A stretch of 64,000 nucleotides of DNA from Desulfonema ishimotonii (GCF_003851005.1 NZ_BEXT01000001.1:6246996-6310995), one strand, 5' to 3'; positions 1-9,889 are shown, counted from the stretch's first letter. The notes: generated by a model not told the origin, from the letters alone. Translations and numbers: made by a program.

Positions 1-1329
1 ATCACGTTCCTGTACGATTACATGGGCCGCCGGGTGCGAAAGCAGGTTTACAGCGGAACGCCGGGCAGTTGGAACGCATTGCCGGATGAAACCCGCGTGT
101 TTGTGTATGACGGGTGGAACCTGATCCGGGAGACGGTCACCGGAGCTGCCAGCGGTGAGACGTATTATGTGTGGGGCCTTGATCTCAGCCAGAGCACGCA
201 GGGTGCGGGCGGCATCGGCGGGCTGCTGTGCAGCGTGTCCGGCGGAGAGGTGCGTCAATACACATACGACGCCAACGGCAACGTGGGCCAGCTTGTGAAC
301 GAAGAGGGCGGGATTGTTGCGCATTATGAATACGATGCTTTTGGGAACCTGACGACCGGTTATGGCGGTGCTGTCGGGGGGAATGCGTTTCGGTTCAGTA
401 CGAAGTATTTTGATGGGGAGAGTGGGTTGTATTATTATGGGTATCGGTATTATTTGGCTGAGTTGGGGCGGTGGTTGAGTTGTGATCCGATTGGGGAATT
501 TATAGGAGGTCAGAATTTGACGGTGATGGTATGGAATAATCTTGTAAACCTGTTTGATATTTTGGGGTTGTGTGATTTTGAGAGAGAATCCTGGGAAATT
601 AAAAAAAAATGGGTACAAGAATCCTCTAATGAATTAGAATTTATCTCAAGACAAATTTCAAATTCTGAAGATGAGTTATGGGAATACCGAAAACTTCTTG
701 AAACAATAATAGATCCTAATGAAAGATTAGAAGCAGAAAAGCGAATGAAAGCATATGTATATGTAGCTCAAGCAAATTTACAAAAACATAAATTAAAAAA
801 GACTGAAATAGAACACCGCCTAAAAGGGGAAATTTTTGATGCTAAAAGAGCTTTTGAAAAATATGCTAACTGTATGGGAAAAAATGGTAATGTTGATTAT
901 ATATATTGTTGTTGTCCCAGTGGAGAATGGAAAATAGGAGGTTTTGGAGGAGGGGCTGGATTTATTGGAGGTTTTGAAATTAATAAATTTTGGGCAAGTT
1001 GCCGGGGCAAAGAGAAAATGAAGGCATCGTTTTGGTCAATTACATTTAAATTTGGTGCTATTGCACATATTGATGGCGGAGTTCAAGTAGGCGAAGTGAT
1101 ATATGCCAAAAATGTTGCAGACTTAAAAGGATGGGCTCTTGGAGACACATTTTCCGGCGGGATAGGTATTTGGGGAGCAGGAATAACACGAGAAAAAGGT
1201 TTAAGTGGTACTCCTATAGGTACTTCAATAAGTGGCGGCCCTGGATGGACTCATCCAGAATTTGGTATTGAAGCTGCCAAGACTGCTACTTATACATTTC
1301 TATTGGGTGTGGATGGATGTAGAAAGTAG
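1..1329 (+). CDS. Rhs/YD-repeat family protein, 3' end only (5' partial). YD repeats, the Rhs core-end motif (..YRYYLAELGRWLSCDPIGEFIGG) and an AT-rich C-terminal polymorphic toxin domain of unknown type.
   Basis: The reading frame is open from base 1 (ITFLYDYMGRRVRK...). YD-repeat motifs YDANGNVGQLV and YEYDAFGNL are followed by the DPxG junction. The downstream ~790 bp (540-1329) drops to roughly 30% GC and encodes Gly-zipper-like GGFGGGAGFIGG and GGIGIWGAGI motifs plus a CCC triplet. Confidence 0.8.
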   Translation: MTFLYDYMGRRVRKQVYSGTPGSWNALPDETRVFVYDGWNLIRETVTGAASGETYYVWGLDLSQSTQGAGGIGGLLCSVSGGEVRQYTYDANGNVGQLVNEEGGIVAHYEYDAFGNLTTGYGGAVGGNAFRFSTKYFDGESGLYYYGYRYYLAELGRWLSCDPIGEFIGGQNLTVMVWNNLVNLFDILGLCDFERESWEIKKKWVQESSNELEFISRQISNSEDELWEYRKLLETIIDPNERLEAEKRMKAYVYVAQANLQKHKLKKTEIEHRLKGEIFDAKRAFEKYANCMGKNGNVDYIYCCCPSGEWKIGGFGGGAGFIGGFEINKFWASCRGKEKMKASFWSITFKFGAIAHIDGGVQVGEVIYAKNVADLKGWALGDTFSGGIGIWGAGITREKGLSGTPIGTSISGGPGWTHPEFGIEAAKTATYTFLLGVDGCRK

Positions 1330-1464
1330 ATATATTTTAAGGGATAGCTGAATCAATTGAGATATATCATTGCTGTTTGTTACTTCTTAAATTCTAAACA
1401 AGATATTGGAATTTTATAAAAATTCAATTCGCACCTTTAACTGAAACGATGTATTACATCACAG

Positions 1465-1785
1465 TTGAAAATTTTCGGAGATAACGGTATGTTTATTCTT
1501 TCTATAATTTTTCTTATTATTGCTATAGCATGCGGCCTTGCAATACACTTTCTTAAATGGGAGGTATACTATAAGGTTTTGTATTTAAAAAAGGCACCAC
1601 CAAAAAAATGGTTAAGCAGATTTTATCATTTTAGTTACTGGAAATATATCGGTTCAATAGCTGAAACGAATGAAGGAAGACATTTACGTCCTTTAGTCAA
1701 TTTAAGTTGGATACTAACTTATATAGGATTAGTCTCCATGATTCTATACGCTATATTTGGCGGGTTGTGGTGGGCATATAGTTGA
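1465..1785 (+). CDS. Small multi-pass membrane protein; candidate cognate immunity protein for the Rhs toxin tip.
   Basis: 106-aa ORF with 2-3 hydrophobic helices. It lies in the same AT-rich block immediately 3' of the Rhs C-terminal domain, the typical toxin-immunity arrangement. The start could instead be the internal Met at 1489. Confidence 0.45.
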   Translation: MKIFGDNGMFILSIIFLIIAIACGLAIHFLKWEVYYKVLYLKKAPPKKWLSRFYHFSYWKYIGSIAETNEGRHLRPLVNLSWILTYIGLVSMILYAIFGGLWWAYS

Positions 1786-1811
1786 CTTTTCTAATAGCAA
1801 CATCCAGCAAT

Positions 1812-1912
1812 TAGGGTGCGTTAGCGAAGCGTAACGCACCGGAACAAGGATTGAAGATTTTTCTTTAATTGTCGCAGCAAGTAGGGTGCGTTAGCAAAGC
1901 GTAACGCACCGG
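1812..1912. repeat. Two tandem copies of a hairpin unit GGTGCGTTAGCGAAGCGTAACGCACCGGAA (9-bp stem, 7-nt loop).
   Basis: Perfect inverted repeats GGTGCGTTA / TAACGCACC at about 1815-1840 and about 1878-1903, directly after the immunity-like gene. No T-tract follows, so this is not a classic rho-independent terminator. Confidence 0.6.
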
Positions 1913-2575
1913 AAAAAAGGCTTACAGGGATTCTCCGTTCCGGTTTTGTACGGCGGCTGAAGATTTTTCCTTTAACTGCCGCAGATGAACGGGCGAACCG
2001 GGAATCGGAACCGCCCTTCCGCCCTGCAAAGACGCGGTCTGCAAAAACAAAAACCCCGGCCACGGAGCCGGGCAAAGAAACCGATTGACAGCACAGGGCG
2101 GCCCCCTGTAAGAAAAGAGAGGTATTCAGAAAATGAACAAGGCCATTCGGAGCTTCAGACCTCCGAATGACCTCTCTGCTCATTAACCCGACGGGTACAT
2201 CGTCAGGGCAAACGACTAAACAAAAACATTTAACACCTTTCTGATAGTCAGCCAGCCGGAAAAAGTCAAGTCCGGTTCCCGCCCTGCGCCGTACCCTCAC
2301 TTCCCACGGAGGTACGTTTACAAATGCAAGCTCCTGTTTCCCCAGCCAGAATCGTCGAAGCCCCTGTCTCACAGAAAAATTCGGAAAATCCGGAAAATTC
2401 CGCCCCGTCCCGCCCGGACGGACAAAAACCCGTCTCCCGGTCCCACACCGGACCCATGCACCCGGCCTGTGATATGCTGAAAAACGTCCGGTTCGCCGGT
2501 AACCTGATTCCGCACTCCTTCCACAGACACATCAGACGCGAAAGCGGCACTACCGATTTCGAGGGGGTGGGAATC

Positions 2576-2860
2576 ATGAGCGATATTCTCTACCATTACC
2601 GGCCCGCCGAAATCCGGGACAGAAAAACCGGACGGATCACCGGATACCGGCAGAGATTCCGGGGTGACAAATTTCAGATATCCTACCTGCAGTATGCCGA
2701 ACACTACGGCATCAGCAAGGGCCAGGTGACCACCGCCGTGAAAAACCCGGACCGCCTCGGCCTGGTCTTCCGGGAGATTCACGACGGATGCCCGTACCGG
2801 TGGGCACAACCCTACGAAATTCATAGCTGTTTTTGCATGAAAAATTGCAACCTGATATGA
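2576..2860 (+). CDS. Hypothetical protein with a possible helix-turn-helix (..ISYLQYAEHYGISKGQVTTAV..).
   Basis: ORF with balanced amino-acid composition upstream of the ORF6N gene. The longer track ORF 2324-2860 has a low-complexity N-terminus, so the internal start was chosen. There is no recognisable family. Confidence 0.25.
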   Translation: MSDILYHYRPAEIRDRKTGRITGYRQRFRGDKFQISYLQYAEHYGISKGQVTTAVKNPDRLGLVFREIHDGCPYRWAQPYEIHSCFCMKNCNLI

Positions 2861-2890
2861 AAACGAAACCAAATCATCAGGAGGAACATC

Positions 2891-3775
2891 ATGAATCATC
2901 AGGCCATCGAAATTTCCGGCACAGAGATTCCCGTCATCGAATACAGGAATGAGCGGGTGATTACCTTCAAAAATATTGACCGGGTGCATCAGCGGCCCGA
3001 AGGGACGGCAAGAAAGCGGTTCAATGATAATAAAAACAGATTTGTTGAAGGGGAAGCTTTTTTCAATGTGCCCTATGAGGAATGGTCAGAAATTCTGTGC
3101 GTCCGAAATTCGGACGCACAGAATAACAGGCGGAATTTTATACGTTTTGTTACAGAGCGCGGCTACCTGCTTCTGGTCAAATCCTTTACAGACGATCTTG
3201 CATGGGAAGTTCAAAAACGGCTCATTGACGGATATTTCCGTGCAAAAGCATACGAACAAACCCGGTCCGAATTTTCGGAATCGTCATCCGGCCTGAGCGG
3301 AGAGCTGTTTGACCGCAGTGTGGACCGGTTTGAAAAGGCACTGAAAGCGGTGACGCTCATGGGAATCAGCGGCAGACAGGAAGCCCTGCTCACAGCCAAC
3401 CGCATCACCAGGGAGACCACCGGCGTTGATCTGGCTGACATCATCCGGCCGGAGCTGAAGAAAAGCGCCCCGCTGAGAACCGGGAACCTCCCGTGCATCC
3501 CGTCCGTCACCGAATCCGAACTGATCAGATTTGCCGAGCTGTGGCATGCCGAATACGGCAGCCGCTCGGTGCTGACACGCCAGCTGTGCGAGCTGACCGA
3601 AGGTACGGATATTCAGATTCCCCCGGGCCGCTGCGACACGCGCTTTCAAAAGATAAAATTCGGCAAAATGCTCTCAAAACCGGACGGCCATCAGGTCGGC
3701 CATTACCGCATCACCGGAGCGGGCAAAAAAAGAAATCTGAGGCTCTGGCGGCTGAAACGGGCGGATGACAAATAG
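2891..3775 (+). CDS. ORF6N-domain protein (phage antirepressor-like N-terminal domain) with an uncharacterised C-terminal half.
   Basis: The N-terminal ~110 aa match the ORF6N pattern (IEISGTEIPVIEYRNERVITFKNIDRVHQRPEGTARKRFNDNKNRFVEGEAFFNV..YLLLV). A plausible Shine-Dalgarno GGAGGAAC lies upstream. Confidence 0.55.
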   Translation: MNHQAIEISGTEIPVIEYRNERVITFKNIDRVHQRPEGTARKRFNDNKNRFVEGEAFFNVPYEEWSEILCVRNSDAQNNRRNFIRFVTERGYLLLVKSFTDDLAWEVQKRLIDGYFRAKAYEQTRSEFSESSSGLSGELFDRSVDRFEKALKAVTLMGISGRQEALLTANRITRETTGVDLADIIRPELKKSAPLRTGNLPCIPSVTESELIRFAELWHAEYGSRSVLTRQLCELTEGTDIQIPPGRCDTRFQKIKFGKMLSKPDGHQVGHYRITGAGKKRNLRLWRLKRADDK

Positions 3776-4068
3776 AAGTTCACCTGCCTCTTCCCACGAT
3801 TCCGGTTTGCTCTCCTGAACAGCCCGCATTTTTCAACCATCCGAATCCGGCTATCCGATATCGCACAGCATAATCCTGTTCATCCCGAAATCATCCAGGA
3901 TATCCTGATTCAGAACACCGTATTACCGAGAACCGATGGGCATAAAAAAACGTGCCCACCCGACGCGCACCGCACCAATATCGGCGGCGGAAAATATCGC
4001 ACCGCAGGGTGGACACAACGCTTTATCGTGCCCACCGCACCAAGTTCATCATTTGCGGAGAAGCCTCA

Positions 4069-4959
4069 TCAGGCAGCGTACTCTTTTACGCAGGCGGGAT
4101 CGCTGAAAAAGGAGAGCCGGACCGGCCTGCTGATGATGTTTTCCCGGTGCAGGCCCTCGAAAAAACATTCCAGCCCCTCTGTCTGCAACGGCGAGAGGTT
4201 GTATTGCAGATGGTCATAATAGCAGCGGCACATCTTCTCATCAATGCCGAGCCGCCGGGAGGCGCGGGGGAGAATGCGGGAAATATTTCCGAGGCCCTCG
4301 CACCGGGAGCGGTGAAACTGCTCTGCCACCGCCGAAACCCGTTCCGGGTGCTTCTCGGCAAAGGCCCTGCGGACCGCCCACAGGGCAAAAACAAAAGGCA
4401 GTCCGGTCCGCGTCCGCCACATCTCGCCCAGATCCCAGACATGGCTGAATCCGCCGGCCCACTTTTCTCTGAGGGCTGCGTCACCGATCACCAGGGCCGC
4501 GTCCGCGTCATCGGGGAGATCACCGGCACACCGGACCCTGCCGGTTTCAATGCGGGGGCGGATGCCCCGTGAGGCGAACAGATACCGGGTCAGGGCTGCT
4601 GCCGTGGCCGAATCGCGGGTCAGGATGACGGTTCTGCCGGAGAGCTGATTAAAGGGGTGGCGGCTCACCAGCAGCACACTCATCACCTGTCCGAAGCACG
4701 AAATGGAGAGATCCGGCAGCAGCAGCCAGTCGTCCTGGTTCCGGGCGTAGGCTGCGGAAGAAACCGGGCTGATGTCGAGTCTGCCCTCTGCCAGCATGGT
4801 GTTCAGAATGGCGGGTGGGGCGCTGGCCAGCGCCATCCACCGGGGCCGGTCGCCGTTGTCCAGGCCGTAGTAAACCGGCGCGACATTCATGTAACTGATC
4901 TGCCCGACATTTACGGAAGGGCGTGTGTCCGGGGATTTCCCCTTATGCTGAGGATTCAT
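4069..4959 (-). CDS. mqnA: Chorismate dehydratase MqnA (futalosine-pathway menaquinone biosynthesis; MqnA/MqnD periplasmic-binding-like fold).
   Basis: N-terminal ISYMNVAPVYYGL motif and a length of 296 aa. It is operonic with two Mqn-type radical-SAM genes. Confidence 0.7.
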   Translation of the reverse strand: MNPQHKGKSPDTRPSVNVGQISYMNVAPVYYGLDNGDRPRWMALASAPPAILNTMLAEGRLDISPVSSAAYARNQDDWLLLPDLSISCFGQVMSVLLVSRHPFNQLSGRTVILTRDSATAAALTRYLFASRGIRPRIETGRVRCAGDLPDDADAALVIGDAALREKWAGGFSHVWDLGEMWRTRTGLPFVFALWAVRRAFAEKHPERVSAVAEQFHRSRCEGLGNISRILPRASRRLGIDEKMCRCYYDHLQYNLSPLQTEGLECFFEGLHRENIISRPVRLSFFSDPACVKEYAA

Positions 4960-6148
4960 GAATAATTGCCTCCGACAGGGTTGACGGCCCTGAAGCCGTT
5001 ACCGGTATGTAGATAAATTTACCGCGCTTTCCGGGGGTCAGCGTGCCGAAACGGTCTGCCAGCCCCAGGGCGCGCGCGCCGTTCAAAGTGGCCATGCCCA
5101 GCAGGGTCGCCGGTGAGACCGACGGAAATGCGCCGGCCGTAAACCGTATCTCATCGAACAGGCTCAGGGAATCCGCGCTGGCCAGGCTGTCCGTGCCGAC
5201 ACACGGGGCCAGTCCGGCCGCCAGCATTCCCGGCAGGTCCGGCAGGGCATTGTGCAGGTTGCTGTTGCTGCGGGGACAGAGACAGACCGACACCTGATGC
5301 GCTTTCAGCACCTCAAATTCCCCCTTCCGGGCGTGAATCAGATGAACGACCAGGGTCCGCCGGTCCAGAATGCCCATCCGGGCCGCATACAGGACCGGGC
5401 TTTTTACGGGCAGTCCCCAGTCGGAAAAATCAATTCCCCGCCGGGTGAGAAAGTCGGCCCAGGCCCCCTTTCCCGTTGTCAGAAATTCCACCTCATCTGC
5501 GGACTCGTCCAGATGAAGGGAAAAGGGCAGGCCCGCCGCGGATGTGGCGGCCCTGAGGGCGCGCAGCAGTTTCGGGCCGGTGGTGTGGGGCGCGTGACCG
5601 GCCAGGGCGTCGGAACAGCATTCCCCCGTCTCCGGACGCAGCCGCAGATCCGCCGGGAGTTCGCTCCCCAGATATTCCCTGAACCAGACGCCCGAAAGGC
5701 CGGAGACGTGAAGCATATCCCGCGTCAGCCCCAGGGTGGAGATCTCGCCCACGCCCACGCAGCCGGACTCTCTGAGCGCGCTGATCCCGGATTCGGCCCC
5801 CCGGACCAGCGCCTCATGTCCCAGGGATTCGCGGGTGATGAGCAGTTGCCGCACCCAGTCCTGAAATCCGTTTTCCAGGGAGAGCCTGCCGTGCAGGGCG
5901 CTCAGCTCCAGGTGGGTGTGGGCGTTGATCAGCCCCGGCATGAGCGTACCCGGTCCGTGGTCGGTCACCGGGCCGGAAAGGGTCGGTCTGCCGTGGCCCA
6001 CCTCGCGGATCACCCCGTTTTCCACCGCCACAAATCCGTCACGGAAGAGGGTCTGCGGCGTGGCCATCACCCAGCCTGCCCGGTGGATTTCAACTCCGGT
6101 CCCCGTGCTGACGGGTCTGATTCTCGGATGGGATGCGGTCATGGGCAT
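4943..6148 (-). CDS. Amidohydrolase-superfamily (COG0402-like) deaminase; putative aminodeoxyfutalosine deaminase.
   Basis: HxH metal motif GLINAHTHLELS and a later HLDE motif. It lies between mqnC/mqnE-like and mqnA genes, overlapping mqnA by 17 nt. Confidence 0.55.
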   Translation of the reverse strand: MPMTASHPRIRPVSTGTGVEIHRAGWVMATPQTLFRDGFVAVENGVIREVGHGRPTLSGPVTDHGPGTLMPGLINAHTHLELSALHGRLSLENGFQDWVRQLLITRESLGHEALVRGAESGISALRESGCVGVGEISTLGLTRDMLHVSGLSGVWFREYLGSELPADLRLRPETGECCSDALAGHAPHTTGPKLLRALRAATSAAGLPFSLHLDESADEVEFLTTGKGAWADFLTRRGIDFSDWGLPVKSPVLYAARMGILDRRTLVVHLIHARKGEFEVLKAHQVSVCLCPRSNSNLHNALPDLPGMLAAGLAPCVGTDSLASADSLSLFDEIRFTAGAFPSVSPATLLGMATLNGARALGLADRFGTLTPGKRGKFIYIPVTASGPSTLSEAIIHESSA

Positions 6149-7239
6149 CAGGTTTCGGTGTCGATTTCGGTTCTGAGGTGGTTGTAAAAGCAGTCCCGCT
6201 GCACCGCCCGGAACCCGGCCTGCCGGATCAGCCGGACCATCTCGGATTTGGGCAGGCGGAATTTGACGCCGGCAGCCGCCACCACGTTCTCCTCGATCAT
6301 GGTGCTGCCCAGGTCATTGGCCCCGAAGGAGAGCGCCACCTGTGCGATCTTGTCGCCCTGCGTCACCCAGGAGGCCTGCACGTTGTCCACATTGTCCAGC
6401 ACGATGCGCGACAGGGCCAGCACCCGCAGATATTCCACCGAGGTTCTGGGCGTCACCCGGATGCGGGTGTTGTCCGGCTGGAACGTCCAGGGGATAAAGG
6501 CTGTGAATCCGCCCGTCTCATCCTGAAGGTCGCGGATTTTCATCAGGTGTTCAATGATGTGTTCCGTTTTTTCCACATGGCCGAACATCATGGTGGCCGT
6601 GGTCCGCAGCCCCAGCCGGTGTGCCGTCCGCATCACCTCCAGCCACTGCCCGGCAGAACATTTGTTCGGGGAAATTTCCCGGCGGACCTCATCCACCAGG
6701 ATTTCCGCCCCGCCGCCGGGAACGGAGTTCAGCCCCGCAGCCATCAGCCGCTTCAGGGTTTCTTCAAGGGACAGGCCCGACTTTTCGGCCATGAAATGGA
6801 TTTCGGGCGGTGAAAACCCGTGAACGTGAATGTCAAAATTCTCGTGGATAAAGGTCAGCAGGTTTATGTAATAGTCGAGCCCCAGATCGGGGTGCATTCC
6901 GCCCTGAAGCAGAATCTGCGTCCCGCCCAGATCCAGGGTCTCCCGGATCTTCCGGCGGAGACTCTCCTCCGAGATGATATAGGCCTCTTCGTGGCCTGCG
7001 GATCGGTAAAAGGCGCAGAAGCGGCAGCCGGACATGCAGACGTTGGTGTAATTGATATTCCGGTCCACCACAAAAGTGACCAGCGGTTCCGGGTGGCGTT
7101 TCAGCCGGATGCGGTGGGCCAGACTCCCCAGAGTCAGCAGGCTGGCCTCACGGAGCAGCAGAAGCGCCTCATCTTCCGTCAGCCGCTTATGGGCCGACGC
7201 CTTTTCGATGACCTGTTCCATATTATCCATATTACCCAA
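6148..7239 (-). CDS. mqnC: Radical SAM enzyme of the MqnC/MqnE family; probably cyclic dehypoxanthine futalosine synthase MqnC.
   Basis: CxxxCxxC motif CMSGCRFCAFYR preceded by VTFVVDRNINYTNVC. 363 aa. The split between MqnC and MqnE is tentative. Confidence 0.6.
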   Translation of the reverse strand: MGNMDNMEQVIEKASAHKRLTEDEALLLLREASLLTLGSLAHRIRLKRHPEPLVTFVVDRNINYTNVCMSGCRFCAFYRSAGHEEAYIISEESLRRKIRETLDLGGTQILLQGGMHPDLGLDYYINLLTFIHENFDIHVHGFSPPEIHFMAEKSGLSLEETLKRLMAAGLNSVPGGGAEILVDEVRREISPNKCSAGQWLEVMRTAHRLGLRTTATMMFGHVEKTEHIIEHLMKIRDLQDETGGFTAFIPWTFQPDNTRIRVTPRTSVEYLRVLALSRIVLDNVDNVQASWVTQGDKIAQVALSFGANDLGSTMIEENVVAAAGVKFRLPKSEMVRLIRQAGFRAVQRDCFYNHLRTEIDTET

Positions 7240-8350
7240 GGGCCGCCTCCCTTTCGCCGTCCGGCCTCACCGGATTGTAAAAAGAATCCCGCTCCACCGG
7301 CGTGAACCCGGCGGACCGGATCAGGTGTTCCATCCGCTCACGGGTCAGCCCTTTGGGGGAGCTGGCCCCGGCCATGTGGGTGATCTTCTCCTCAACAATG
7401 GTGCCGTCGAGATCGTCCGCGCCGAAGCTGAGCGCCACCTGGGCCAGCTTTTCGCCGATCATCACCCAGTAGGCCTTGATGTGATCGAAATTGTCGAGCA
7501 TCAGGCGGGCCACGGCAACATTTTTCAGATCGTCCGTACCGGTCGTGGGCGGCAGATGGGAAAGCGTTGTGTTCCGGGAGTGAAAGGCGAGGGGGATAAA
7601 GGCCGAAAAGCCGCCGGTGCGATCCTGAAGCTCCCGCAGCCGGATCAGGTGCCGGACCCGTTCCTCTATGGTTTCAATGTGGCCGTAGAGCATGGTGGCG
7701 TTGGCGGTCAGCCCGGCCCGGTGAAGGTGTTCCATCACCTCCAGCCAGCGTTCGCTGTTGATCTTCCGGGGGAAAAGTTCGGCCCATATCCGGTCGTTCA
7801 TCACCTCGGCCCCGCCACCGGGGATCATCCCCAGCCCGGCGTCTTTAAGCGTGGCAATGGTTTTTTCCAGCGACAGGCCGGAGATCTGGGAGAGATAGTC
7901 GATCTCCACCGCCGTAAAGGCCTTGATGGTGGCCTGGGGGCGGATTTCCCGGACGATGCCGAGCAGGTCCAGGTAATATTCAAAGGGCAGGGCCGGGTTG
8001 AGGCCGCCCACGATGTGCAGTTCGCGGATCGGCTCGTCAATCCGCGCCATGAGCCGCTCCCGCACCTCGTCGAGCGAATAGGTGTATGCGCCGTTTTCGG
8101 CCTTGTCCCGCGCAAAGGCGCAGAAGCGGCAGCGGTTGATACAGACGTTGGTGTAGTTGATGTGCTGGTTGTAAACATAATACGCCGCCTGCCCGTGCTG
8201 TTCACGGCGCACCCGATCGGCCAGATAGCCCACCCCGATGAGGTCGGGGCTGTTGTAGAGCGCAAGGCCGTCTTCATAACCGAGACGCCGCCCGGATGAA
8301 ATTTTTTCTTTTATTTCATAAAGTTTTTGATCTATAAAGGTGATATCCAT
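7232..8350 (-). CDS. mqnE: Radical SAM enzyme of the MqnC/MqnE family; probably aminofutalosine synthase MqnE.
   Basis: CINRCRFCAFAR motif and an N-terminus EKISSGRRLGYEDGLALY typical of MqnE. An internal ATG at 8350 with the GGGGAA RBS was chosen; the track ORF extends to 8416. Confidence 0.6.
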   Translation of the reverse strand: MDITFIDQKLYEIKEKISSGRRLGYEDGLALYNSPDLIGVGYLADRVRREQHGQAAYYVYNQHINYTNVCINRCRFCAFARDKAENGAYTYSLDEVRERLMARIDEPIRELHIVGGLNPALPFEYYLDLLGIVREIRPQATIKAFTAVEIDYLSQISGLSLEKTIATLKDAGLGMIPGGGAEVMNDRIWAELFPRKINSERWLEVMEHLHRAGLTANATMLYGHIETIEERVRHLIRLRELQDRTGGFSAFIPLAFHSRNTTLSHLPPTTGTDDLKNVAVARLMLDNFDHIKAYWVMIGEKLAQVALSFGADDLDGTIVEEKITHMAGASSPKGLTRERMEHLIRSAGFTPVERDSFYNPVRPDGEREAALG

Positions 8351-9015
8351 TGATTCCCCGATGATACGGAACCGCATGTCTGAGCGGACATGCCCGACTC
8401 CGTTTTTTAGCGCCACTGGCGTTTGGGATTACCGGTTCAGTCACTTTTCCGTCTCTGCGGATATTGAACGCCGTGTTCCATCGCCGAACAGTGAGGATGC
8501 CGCCCGCACATCAACATGTGCAATTCCCGGCTTCGGCCCGTTCCCAGGCTCTGTCTCCGATACGCGGGACAGAAACCCCTGCAACGAGAACGCCGGGACT
8601 GACCGACCGTCCTGAATTACATCCGGATCGGACTTTCACAGGATCGGCGTTCGGGTAAAATTCGTTCCATAAACAAGGGGTTTCACTTCCGTATATCTGT
8701 TTTTCATGAAAAAGTGACCACATGGTCATATTAATCAAAACGGTTTTTCGTGGCAAGTGTTTTTTCGGAGATTCTGCTGCGCTGCTGAACCCGTAAATAT
8801 CGCTTTCCACTCTTTTCTGTTATTGCCGTGAACGCTGGCATCCTGTCTTTTCAAACGGTTACGGATTTTCGTTTTCACGGGAATGACGGAATTTATGACT
8901 TTTACAGGTTTGTCAGTTTTGAATCATTGACGATTTGTCGTAAACACACAGAAATTCGGAGCTGATGCAAATGAAATCCGATGGGTCAGAAACAAAACAC
9001 AGGGGCTGTTTTCTG

Positions 9016-9432
9016 ATGCGCCTCCTCTTTTTGATCCTGATCGCCTTGCCTGCAAAGGCTCAGGATACAGCCACAGAAACCGCCGGACCTGCCCCCCGCT
9101 ATCACCTTGAGATGGTTGCGGTGAAAAAGGTCTCCGGGAATGAGGAAAAGATCTATTTCATGTTTGACGGTCCCCGTCCGCCCAGAACCTTTTTTACGGA
9201 GACAGGGCCGTTGCGGGTGGTCTCTGTTTTCTCAGATACCCGTCCCGGCAGGGATGTGGCCATGCTTGACGAGGCCGACGGGCGGCTGGTGCAGACGGTC
9301 CGGGTCGGGCGGCATGATGAAGACGGGCCGGACGTGTGGGTGGTCCTGGACCTGGTTCCCGGACTGGAATACGAGCTGGAGCATATCTTCATGGAAGGGA
9401 AAATTTACCTGCTGATCGTTAAAAAGCGGTAA
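9016..9432 (+). CDS. Secreted or periplasmic protein with a signal peptide; possible AMIN-like beta domain.
   Basis: MRLLFLILIALPAKAQD signal peptide. The track ORF starts at 8965. Its last codons and stop lie inside a family C repeat copy. Confidence 0.45.
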   Translation: MRLLFLILIALPAKAQDTATETAGPAPRYHLEMVAVKKVSGNEEKIYFMFDGPRPPRTFFTETGPLRVVSVFSDTRPGRDVAMLDEADGRLVQTVRVGRHDEDGPDVWVVLDLVPGLEYELEHIFMEGKIYLLIVKKR

Positions 9433-9594
9433 GGGAATTTCGTAAGACTGCCCATGCCATCTGATGGCAGGGCGGGGTTACATCCACGCCGAAACGGTGT
9501 TCCCCCCAAATTTTCCCCATGTTACAAATCAGCGGTCATATCCGACGGGGCCGTAACCCCGTCCTACCGTTTTGAAGCGGGTCGTTTATTTCTG
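9424..9594 (+). repeat. Family C palindromic element, copy 1: GGCGGGGTTACGTCCCCGCC hairpin, ~60 bp conserved core, then inverted hairpin GACGGGG(C)CGTAACCCCGTC.
   Basis: Shares more than 80% identity with copies at 15000-15165 and 19503-19648. It begins in the last codons and stop of the upstream gene (AGCGGTAAGGGAATTTC). Confidence 0.7.
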
Positions 9595-9889
9595 CTGAAC
9601 TCCCTGATTCCGCCTTTCCGGGGAGCGCCGGATCAATTCTGCTTGACACCCTGTGATCTGTTTCCTACACTTCCGCCAGATACCGTTCGGGGTGGCCGGA
9701 AAGACCGGCCTGAGATGATACCCGCCGAACCTGATCCGGGTCATGCCGGCGCAGGGAAACAGAGAAGGGCCGCATACAAAGCAGCCCCGTGGCGTATCAC
9801 TGACGCCAGGCCGTTCCCCTGTGGAAACGGCTTTTTTTGTCAGGAAATTTTATGAGTGGGCCGTCAATTAAGTTTCCTGACATAAAACC

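Noticed and set aside
2369-2989. 206-aa minus-strand ORF overlapping the 2576-2860 and ORF6N genes.
   Set aside because: Junk-like composition and no RBS. It overlaps the start of the clearly recognisable ORF6N gene.
5252-8299. Plus-strand ORFs 5252-6187, 6133-6813 and 7052-8299 across the mqn operon.
   Set aside because: They are antisense to the amidohydrolase and radical-SAM genes, with Gly/Arg/His-rich junk translations.
9454-9855. ORF 9454-9855 (+), 133 aa.
   Set aside because: It lies entirely within family C and family A repeat elements and has no RBS. It reads as a translation of palindromic DNA.
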